Of a stretch of 64,000 nt of DNA, positions 57,402 through 64,000 are shown piece after piece. The stretch lies in contig OY970314.1 of assembly GCA_963716475.1 (NCBI GenBank), positions 564,790-628,789 of the forward strand, read 5' to 3'. Each line of letters opens with the position of its first letter. Position 1 is the first letter of the stretch. The notes under the pieces are model-generated. The model ran no database searches. It was not told the DNA's origin and saw only the letters and a list, made by a program, of their open reading frames with translations. Position numbers and translations under genes: made by a program. The DNA is from Candidatus Woesebacteria bacterium. Its GTDB lineage: Bacteria; Patescibacteriota; Microgenomatia; UBA8517.

Positions 57402-58963
57402 CTTTTATCACCTTCTTTCATGATACTGGTAATTCTACCAAGAACTTTCTCTTTTCCAAAATTTGCCAGAAGGACCCCGGCTCTCGGGCCGTGAGTTTTG
57501 CCGATAAAAGCAAGGTAAATTGCAGCAAAGGCATCGCTCGGTTTTATATTTAATTGTTTGGAAAGATTATATAGAGCAAGCTGCAGTGAGTCCGCGTCAA
57601 GAGTTTTTTCAAAAAGTTTCGCAACACCCCGAAGATATTCCTTCTGTCCGAAACTCAATTCTTTGGATTCTTCCGGAATTTTTTCCGTCATTTCAAATTT
57701 ATATTCATCGGGCGCATAATTTTCCAGCCAAACTTTAGCGTACTTTATTCTTTCCTTAAACGTTCCGTCTTTCCCCTGAGACATTTTTTCCGCTATTTCT
57801 TTTTCGCTTAGCCCCTGCGATAAATAATTTGCCACATCTCGGAATCTTGGAGCAATAAATCCTTTTTCTTTTTCCGGAATATCCTTAACCTGGGATAAAA
57901 CAAAAGTTCTGGCCAAATTTTCATTTCCGTTTTCGTCATACGCCTCCCGTGCTTTATCGTACTCATCGAACAAATCGGGAATTGCCATGGTTCCAATAGG
58001 GTCAAAATTACTCTGCGAACCGATATCGGCACTTACGAAAAGAAACCTTGCAACATCGGCAGGTAAAATCTTCACCAAGTCGTGAGCCTTAAGCCCAACC
58101 CCTTTCGAAGATGACATTTTTTTGCCGCCAATGAGAATAAATTCATACGGAAACTTGAATGGCTCAGGGAAATTGAATACTTCCCTGCAAATAGTCATCG
58201 CAATATCAAAAGAACCTCCTGCTGAAGCATGGTCCTTGCCGGCTCCTTCGATTGTTACCCCCATGACTTTCCAGTGTGCAGCCCAGTCAACTTTCCATGG
58301 CAGCTTTCCTGTCCCGCCAAAAGGAGAAACACTCCCTTCATGACCGCATCCTTTGGCCCAAGGTACAAGATCCTGCTCACACCGATAGGAAACCTTTTCT
58401 CCGTCCCAGGCGAACACTTTGGTTGTCCCTAATTTTCCGCATTTCTCACAAATTACCTGAAAAGGAAGCCAGCCGGCCTCTTTCTTGGCACTCCCCGAAA
58501 CCTTTTGGTAAATATCCTGAATTTTTTCGGAATTGTCCAGGGCAAGCCTGATTACCTCATCGAATTTACCCTGATGATAAAGATCCCATGAAGAAATATA
58601 TTTCGCCTCAAACCCTAAATACTCTACCGATTTTTTAAGATCATCGGCCAGAAAGTCCGCCAAGTTTTCAAAAGTAGAATCCGGCGGTGGGATCATTTTT
58701 AGAGGTTCGCCCTGGTGACCCTCCAGTGACTTTTTGAGAATATCCGGAAATTCATCTGCGGGATCAAAATCATTAAAAACGTAGGTTAAGATTGCTTCTC
58801 CTCCTGCGTCTTTAAGGGCTCGATAGACGGCACTATGGATTACCGGGCCAAGCATGGAACCGATATGGGCAAATCCCGAAGGTGTTTTCATATCGTCAAC
58901 CCAATAGGGCTTATACTTACCTGAAGCAATAATTTCCCGCGCTATTTTGTCTGCCCAATGCAT
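57398..58963 (-). CDS. lysK: lysine--tRNA ligase, class I (archaeal type)
   Basis: HIGS variant of HIGH (FAHIGSMLGP). KMSSSKG variant of KMSKS. A Zn-binding cysteine cluster CEKCGK...CEQD is present. Confidence 0.85.
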   Translation of the reverse strand: MHWADKIAREIIASGKYKPYWVDDMKTPSGFAHIGSMLGPVIHSAVYRALKDAGGEAILTYVFNDFDPADEFPDILKKSLEGHQGEPLKMIPPPDSTFENLADFLADDLKKSVEYLGFEAKYISSWDLYHQGKFDEVIRLALDNSEKIQDIYQKVSGSAKKEAGWLPFQVICEKCGKLGTTKVFAWDGEKVSYRCEQDLVPWAKGCGHEGSVSPFGGTGKLPWKVDWAAHWKVMGVTIEGAGKDHASAGGSFDIAMTICREVFNFPEPFKFPYEFILIGGKKMSSSKGVGLKAHDLVKILPADVARFLFVSADIGSQSNFDPIGTMAIPDLFDEYDKAREAYDENGNENLARTFVLSQVKDIPEKEKGFIAPRFRDVANYLSQGLSEKEIAEKMSQGKDGTFKERIKYAKVWLENYAPDEYKFEMTEKIPEESKELSFGQKEYLRGVAKLFEKTLDADSLQLALYNLSKQLNIKPSDAFAAIYLAFIGKTHGPRAGVLLANFGKEKVLGRITSIMKEGDKR

Positions 58964-58970
58964 ATACGTT

Positions 58971-58998
58971 CCAAACTTTCTTTAAAAAGAAAGTTTGG
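58971..58998 (-). terminator. AT-rich hairpin downstream of greA (possible weak bidirectional terminator)
   Basis: Perfect palindrome CCAAACTTTCTTT-aa-AAAGAAAGTTTGG. It lacks a clean U-tract and has low GC, so it is marginal. Confidence 0.3.
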
Positions 58999-59048
58999 CA
59001 AAGAAAGCAAACACATATACAAGGCTAATTTTAACCTGAAGACCGCAG

Positions 59049-59516
59049 TTATTCAATCGCAAGAATTTCGTACTGGACGCTTCCGGCGGGGGCTTCAACT
59101 TCTACCTTCTCTCCGACCTTCTTACCAGCCAGCGCAAGTCCCAAAGGCGAGTCGTGTGAAATTTTCTTATTAATAGGGTCCGCTTCCCATTCCCCTACAA
59201 TATCAAAAACGGTTTTAACACCGTTTACTTTGACTGTTACTTTTGTTCCCACACCAATTCCACCGTTTTCGGCTTTTCCGGAACCGGAAACAACAGATGC
59301 GGTTTTTACAACCTCCTCAAGTTCGTCGATTCTTCCGTCCAAAAATTCAAGCTCCTCTTTGGCACTTTGGTAATCACTATTCTCGCTAAGATCACCCTGG
59401 GAACGGGCGTTTGCCAGCCTTTCGACTATTTTTGGCCTTTTGACATCACGAAGCCCCTCAAGTTCGGTTCTTAGGGTATCCAATCCTTTTTTGGTCAATT
59501 TAACGGTACTTTTCAT
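59049..59516 (-). CDS. greA: transcription elongation factor GreA
   Basis: LTKKGLDTLRTELEGLRD...ARSQGDLSENSDYQSAKEEL and the C-terminal FKBP-like domain match GreA. Confidence 0.9.
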   Translation of the reverse strand: MKSTVKLTKKGLDTLRTELEGLRDVKRPKIVERLANARSQGDLSENSDYQSAKEELEFLDGRIDELEEVVKTASVVSGSGKAENGGIGVGTKVTVKVNGVKTVFDIVGEWEADPINKKISHDSPLGLALAGKKVGEKVEVEAPAGSVQYEILAIE

Positions 59517-59752
59517 ACAGTATTCTTAAGTCTGCAACAAAAAATCCCTCTATTTATTTCTTTAGAGAGATTGTAAATTTATAACTTTCTCTCCAAGTCT
59601 AGGTAAACCCAATAGGGTCCCTAAAGCTATCGGTGGAGAGACAAAAAGTCATATATTCAACCCAACGAGGGAGATTTTATCCTCTTGCGAAGCTAAAGTC
59701 AATATATCGATCCCAATCAATTTAGATACTATGCACCTTAGTTATCCTATTG

Positions 59753-59825
59753 TGACCCCATTGGGACTCGAACCCAAGTTACCAGGATGAGAACCTGGTG
59801 TCCTAGACCGCTAGACGATGGGGCC
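59753..59825 (-). tRNA. tRNA-Glu (anticodon CUC)
   Basis: Minus-strand sequence GGCCCCATCGTCTAGCGGTCTAGGACACCAGGTTCTCATCCTGGTAACTTGGGTTCGAGTCCCAATGGGGTCA. 7-bp acceptor stem, TCGTCTAG..GG D-arm typical of tRNA-Glu and a CUC anticodon loop. GGTTCGAGTCC T-loop. The 3' CCA is not encoded. Confidence 0.8.
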
Positions 59826-59896
59826 GTTCCGGCTCTGGCACCACGACGGGCGCTACCGGGCCTTGTCGCAATTGTATCAAATTTGAAGCTGAGAGA

Positions 59897-62317
59897 CTAA
59901 TTTGCCGCCAGGAGAGTCGGAATTGAAGTAAATTTCCCCTGTATTTTGATAACAGGTGTCCATTTTTTGAGAGCAACTTTAAGAACGTCCTCTACCTCTT
60001 CCGCAAAAACAAAATTTATATCTTTCTTGACCTGAACCGGAATATCATCAAGATCTTTCCTGTTGTCCTTGGGTACGATAATTGTCTTTAAGCCCGCCCT
60101 ATGTCCGGCAATGGACTTCTCTTTCAGTCCCCCGATTTCAAGCACTCTACCCCTCAGGGTTACCTCTCCGGTCATACCCACATCCCTCTTAACGGGAATT
60201 CCCGTGAGAGCCGAAACAAGGGCCGTAGTAATTGCCACTCCTGCCGAAGGCCCGTCTTTGGGAACCGCCCCTTCCGGAACGTGAATATGAACATCAATGT
60301 TTTCGGCAAAATTAGCTTTAAGGCCAAGCTCGTTATAATGTGATCTTGTCCAGGTAAACGCAGCTTTTGCCGACTCCCTCATCACATCCCCAAGTTGTCC
60401 CGTAAGGGTAAGTTTGCCTTTGCCCGGCATCAGAGAAACTTCTATAAACAGAATTTCTCCGCCGAAGGGGGTGACAGAAAGACCCGTACTCATTCCTACT
60501 TCATCTTTTTTTTCGGCAATCTGGGAGGTAAATCTCTGCGATCCCAAAAACTTCCGCACGTCCGCAACTTCAATTTTCCTGGGGAATTTTTTCTTCTCCG
60601 CAACTAAGCGTGCCACTTTTCTGCATACATTTGCCAAATTTCTTTCCAGATTCCTGACTCCCGCCTCACGGGTATAGCTTCCGATAACTTCTTTAAGTCC
60701 GGCATCGGTTATCTCAATCTTCTTTGATTCAAGACCCTGGGCCTCAAGCTGCTTTGGCCAGAGGAATTTCCTGGCAATATGGAATTTTTCGGTTTCGGTG
60801 TAACCCGGGAAGGTAATAACTTCCATTCTGTCTCTTAAAGGATCCGGAATCGTATCCAGCATATTACCGGTACAAATAAACATTACCTCAGAGAGATCAA
60901 ACGGAACTTCAAGATAATGATCTGAAAATTCTCTATTTTGTTCGGGATCAAGGGCCTCAAGAAGGGCGCTTGATGGATCCCCTCTAAAATCCACTCCAAT
61001 TTTGTCTATTTCATCCAGCATAAAGACAGGGTTTTTCGTACCTGCATTTTTCATTCCCTGAATAATTCTTCCCGGCATCGCTCCAACATATGTGCGCCTG
61101 TGGCCCCTGATTTCGGCTTCATCCCTGATTCCGCCCAGAGAAACTCTGACAAACTTACGGTTTAGGGCTTTGGCAATTGATTTTCCGATTGAAGTTTTTC
61201 CGACTCCCGGAGGACCTATGAAACAAAGGATTGTCGGATGAGCCCCTGCAACATCCTTTTTGGAATGTCTTTCTTCCTTTTTCAACTTCATTACGGCCAA
61301 AAATTCCATAATTCTCTCCTTGGCTTTTTCGATTCCATAGTGGTCATCCTCCAGAATCTTGGCCGCTTTCTTCATCGCCACATTATTTGGGGTAGCTTTA
61401 CTCCAAGGCATATCACAAAGCCAATCCAAATAATTTCTGATGTATGCCCCTTCGGGATTATTCGGAGACATTTCACTTAGTCTCTTTAATTCTTTTTCTG
61501 CACGAGTTTTTACGTCGGGCGGCATTCCTGCCTCCTTAATTTTGGTCTTATATTCCTTAAATTCTTCACCCGTGATTTCACCCTCTTCGTCCATCTCGCC
61601 AAGCTCCTCTTCGATGGTTCTTTTCTTTTCTCTAAGCATCGCTTTCTTCATTTGATCCTCAAATCTTTTTTGGGTTTTTGAAGAGATGGTGTGTTCAATT
61701 TCAAGAGCGTTTACTTCTTTGGCCAGATATTCCAAAACAATCCCAAGTCTTTTTCTGACATTTATCTCTTCCAGGATTTTTTGCTTTTCCGAAGGTTTAA
61801 TTTCAAGAAGGGATGCTACCTGGTCGCTCATTTCGATGGGTTCAACGTTTCCTGAAACCAGCTTCATAACAGTCATTATTTCCGCCTGTTTACCGAGGTT
61901 GATCGATTTTTTGAAAAGTTCCTGAAGTTTTCTGGCCAAAACCCCTATCTCGGGAGATTCGTCAATTTCTTCCGGTATTTCTTCAACTTTTCCGATCAGA
62001 TACGGCTCTTGGGCAATAATTTCCTTGAGAGTAACTCTTGCCTGTCCGCGAATCAGGGCATGGATTTCCCCTTCAGTTGACATCATTTGGGTGATCGTGG
62101 CAATGGTTCCGATTACGTTAAGATCCTCCTGCCCGGGATCTGCGGTTCTGGGATCTTTTTGAGAAAAAATGGCAATTACTTTATCTTCCTGAAAAGCAGA
62201 ACTGACCGCGGTCACACTTTTTGTGCGCCCAAAGGATAGAAGTGTATCTGTATGCGGAAAAACAACCGAACCCCGCACCGGAACTATCGGAACCCGTCTT
62301 GTAGTGTCTTTTGCCAT
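59897..62317 (-). CDS. lon: ATP-dependent Lon protease
   Basis: 806 aa. Lon N-terminal domain, Walker A GPPGVGKTS and the serine site PKDGPSAGVAITTAL. Confidence 0.95.
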   Translation of the reverse strand: MAKDTTRRVPIVPVRGSVVFPHTDTLLSFGRTKSVTAVSSAFQEDKVIAIFSQKDPRTADPGQEDLNVIGTIATITQMMSTEGEIHALIRGQARVTLKEIIAQEPYLIGKVEEIPEEIDESPEIGVLARKLQELFKKSINLGKQAEIMTVMKLVSGNVEPIEMSDQVASLLEIKPSEKQKILEEINVRKRLGIVLEYLAKEVNALEIEHTISSKTQKRFEDQMKKAMLREKKRTIEEELGEMDEEGEITGEEFKEYKTKIKEAGMPPDVKTRAEKELKRLSEMSPNNPEGAYIRNYLDWLCDMPWSKATPNNVAMKKAAKILEDDHYGIEKAKERIMEFLAVMKLKKEERHSKKDVAGAHPTILCFIGPPGVGKTSIGKSIAKALNRKFVRVSLGGIRDEAEIRGHRRTYVGAMPGRIIQGMKNAGTKNPVFMLDEIDKIGVDFRGDPSSALLEALDPEQNREFSDHYLEVPFDLSEVMFICTGNMLDTIPDPLRDRMEVITFPGYTETEKFHIARKFLWPKQLEAQGLESKKIEITDAGLKEVIGSYTREAGVRNLERNLANVCRKVARLVAEKKKFPRKIEVADVRKFLGSQRFTSQIAEKKDEVGMSTGLSVTPFGGEILFIEVSLMPGKGKLTLTGQLGDVMRESAKAAFTWTRSHYNELGLKANFAENIDVHIHVPEGAVPKDGPSAGVAITTALVSALTGIPVKRDVGMTGEVTLRGRVLEIGGLKEKSIAGHRAGLKTIIVPKDNRKDLDDIPVQVKKDINFVFAEEVEDVLKVALKKWTPVIKIQGKFTSIPTLLAAN

Positions 62318-62365
62318 ATTCGTTTTAGCAGTCTATCAATCCGTCTGCTAAATGTCAAGCTGGAA

Positions 62366-62866
62366 TTACCTCTTTTTTCTGACTTTATGAAGAAGCTCGA
62401 AAAAATGGACTTTTTCGGCAACTACAGCCACAAGAGTCCCAATAAGAGCTCCTCCCAATATATCAACCGGGTAATGAACGTTTGCCAAGACTCTGGCCAC
62501 TCCGATAATAAGTGCACCCGCCAGATAAAACCACCCCACCCTTCTGTCATGCATAAAGACAGTTACAGCCAGGCTAAACGCCAGAGCCGTGTGGGCCGAC
62601 GGGAACGCCGCATCGGTCGGCCTAAATAAAACGTCAACCCCTCCTCCGTTTCTAACAAAAGGCCGTATTGTCGGAAAGAAATGCTTTATAAGCAAGGTTA
62701 TTATCCAGGCAGCCAGGCTTGCCAAAAGCGCGTGGATTACCTGCTCTTTCTTAATACGGCCGTCTATAAACCACAAAACGATAAGCCCGGCATAAAGAAA
62801 CCAGATGAAAAATGTTGCAAAAAATTCAATGATCAGATCGTGCATATCGTGATGTCTTCCATACAT
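62366..62866 (-). CDS. PAP2-family phosphatase, candidate polyprenyl-diphosphate phosphatase
   Basis: PAP2 motifs PSAHTA and ARVLANVHYPVDIL. Small, about 5 TM. Confidence 0.7.
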   Translation of the reverse strand: MYGRHHDMHDLIIEFFATFFIWFLYAGLIVLWFIDGRIKKEQVIHALLASLAAWIITLLIKHFFPTIRPFVRNGGGVDVLFRPTDAAFPSAHTALAFSLAVTVFMHDRRVGWFYLAGALIIGVARVLANVHYPVDILGGALIGTLVAVVAEKVHFFELLHKVRKKR

Positions 62867-62914
62867 TCAATGCTAGCATAATGAATTAATATTATCTTCC
62901 TGCTAATATAAGTT

Positions 62915-63148
62915 GTGAAGAAGTGGTCGTTTATTTCAATTCTCAGAGCAACTGTAACTGCCGTACTCTCAATTTTTTTCGTTTTTTATGCTTTTAATTT
63001 CGTTACCCGGGATTTAAACATACTTGCAACCAGGAGTTTCGAGAGGCAGGTTCTGGACTACGTAATTAATTTCATTCTATTTTTTGCAGCAATCTATCTT
63101 CTCGCCTCACTGGCAACTTTCATTTACCAAAAATTGCTTAAGCATTAA
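62915..63148 (+). CDS. small two-helix membrane protein, hypothetical
   Basis: 77 aa with two hydrophobic segments. No other support. Confidence 0.3.
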   Translation: MKKWSFISILRATVTAVLSIFFVFYAFNFVTRDLNILATRSFERQVLDYVINFILFFAAIYLLASLATFIYQKLLKH

Positions 63149-63171
63149 CCGCCGAAATGGTATCATAAGTC

Positions 63172-63537
63172 ATGGAAAGCACACACTCCCTTTATAAAAG
63201 TTTCAAATTTGCATTTAACGGCCTTGCTACCGCCGTCACCAAGGGCAGAAACTTCAGAATCCAGATCCTTATCGGAGCTGCCTCGGTTATCTTGGCATTC
63301 ATTTATAGAATTTCGAGTCTTGAGTGGCTTAGCCTGATTCTGATCATCGCTTCCGTGCTTATCTTGGAACTCGTCAATACCGCAATCGAGGAAATAGTTA
63401 ATATTGTAAGCCCCGAAATTCAGGAAAGGGCAAAGATCGCAAAAGACGTTTCGGCGGCAAGCGTACTTATCGCCGCGATAGCCGCAATTTTCATCGGGAT
63501 TGTCATTTTCGTTCCAAGATTTTTCCCCCAGTTTTAA
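63172..63537 (+). CDS. dgkA: prokaryotic diacylglycerol-kinase-family protein (DgkA / undecaprenol-kinase-like)
   Basis: ELVNTAIEEIVNIVSPE and AKDVSAASVLIAAIAAIFIG match the DgkA signature region. Three TM. Confidence 0.8.
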   Translation: MESTHSLYKSFKFAFNGLATAVTKGRNFRIQILIGAASVILAFIYRISSLEWLSLILIIASVLILELVNTAIEEIVNIVSPEIQERAKIAKDVSAASVLIAAIAAIFIGIVIFVPRFFPQF

Positions 63538-63623
63538 GCCTCATTTGACTATAGGCTTTAATGGTGATATTATAGGCCGCCCTTTGAAAAAGTGCGTTCA
63601 AATTCTGATCCTTGAGGAGACAT

Positions 63624-64000
63624 ATGCTAACGATAACGCTCGTTTTGGTGAAGCTGGGTTCTATAAACCCACTCACGGAACCGATAGTCCAATGGTTCCA
63701 GAAACTCGGTTTTTGGAATGACGATATTGAGCGTCGAATTCTTGCAGCAAGGCTGTTTTTACCGCTCGATGTCGAGACCGAGTTCCGAAATGAACTCAGG
63801 CTTCCCCTGGGGAATTCAACAAAAAACCTATTCAACACGATCGTTGAGGAGCAAAGTACGATATACATATCACAACCCAAGATCTGGACGGAGAAAAGAT
63901 ACTGCGTCAGCGAGCTGATAAAGCTTCAGCTTGCCCGGATACAGGGAGAGGAGGGTTTAGTTATACCCAACCCAATCGCGTACGACCCAAGAACACAGTT
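63624..64000 (+). CDS. hypothetical protein, 3' end truncated by window edge (unassigned)
   Basis: My translation from ATG 63624 is open to the window end (MLTITLVLVKLGSINPLTEPIVQWFQKLGFWNDDIERRILAARLF...). It overlaps a minus-strand ORF (63503..63880) that may be the real gene instead. Confidence 0.3.
   Translation, partial: MLTITLVLVKLGSINPLTEPIVQWFQKLGFWNDDIERRILAARLFLPLDVETEFRNELRLPLGNSTKNLFNTIVEEQSTIYISQPKIWTEKRYCVSELIKLQLARIQGEEGLVIPNPIAYDPRTQ

Noticed and set aside
59826-59870. Possible second tRNA in the GC-rich segment upstream of tRNA-Glu
   Set aside because: There is no GTTCGA-type T-loop and no cloverleaf pairing. It is more likely a leader or terminator structure.
1-64000. CRISPR arrays, IS elements, integrases, recombinases and phage genes
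   Set aside because: No regularly spaced direct repeats were found, and no ORF had transposase, integrase or phage-structural motifs. The window appears to be chromosomal core plus envelope-glycosylation genes.
1-64000. Alternative genetic code (UGA recoding) as seen in some candidate-phyla lineages
   Set aside because: TGA terminates well-defined genes at gene junctions, and RF2 is encoded, so standard bacterial code is assumed.

Overview
This 64-kb window is AT-rich (roughly 40% GC by eye), very compact and almost entirely coding, with about 60 genes. Most genes lie on the minus strand, and many neighbours overlap by 1-4 nt (ATGA or TAATG), which points to long co-transcribed runs. No transposase, integrase, CRISPR array or recognisable defence gene was found. 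The first ~41 kb is one continuous cell-envelope glycosylation region. It contains at least 14 polytopic GT-C-type membrane glycosyltransferases in about four families, arranged as tandem paralogs: GT39/ArnT-Pmt-like x5-6, a YfhO-like triplet, a DUF2029/GT87-like pair, and a fourth unnamed family as a pair. It also has three Dpm1/GtrB/ArnC-like polyprenyl-phosphate sugar synthases, one of them fused to a GtrA flippase-like domain. A Wzx-type flippase, nine soluble GT2/GT4 transferases (one with two GT2 domains) and a SAM methyltransferase are present as well. Nucleotide-sugar supply genes rmlA-rmlB-rmlC-rmlD, galU and galE complete the region. No priming phosphoglycosyltransferase, Wzy polymerase or Wzz is visible. 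The whole set looks like a lipid-linked monosaccharide-donor system that glycosylates surface proteins or polymers outside the cytoplasm. This resembles the three-component CsbB/GtcA/YfhO and Dpm1/Pmt systems, but is greatly expanded. Housekeeping genes trmD and nrnA are embedded inside this region. The rest of the window holds a cell-division module and core housekeeping genes. The cell-division module is ftsE-ftsX followed by a coiled-coil protein with a C39-like cysteine peptidase domain (a PcsB-like arrangement), next to secreted LTD-domain, CAP-domain and VanZ proteins. Housekeeping genes are prfB (no programmed frameshift, SPF and GGQ motifs present), tgt, dedA, an FKBP isomerase, an S51 peptidase, secA, rarA, rdgB, a class I lysyl-tRNA synthetase, greA, tRNA-Glu(CUC), lon, a PAP2 phosphatase and dgkA. 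The gene content and architecture fit a small-genome Gram-positive-type or Patescibacteria (candidate phyla radiation)-like bacterium. That assignment is inference only. All family assignments rest on motifs read by eye and need HMM or BLAST confirmation. My coordinates derive from the ORF track and the printed line numbering; in the 17.9-18.8 kb block my line-number counts were 1 nt higher than the ORF-track values, so read coordinates I derived directly (RNA, hairpins, re-called starts) as +/-1-2 nt.
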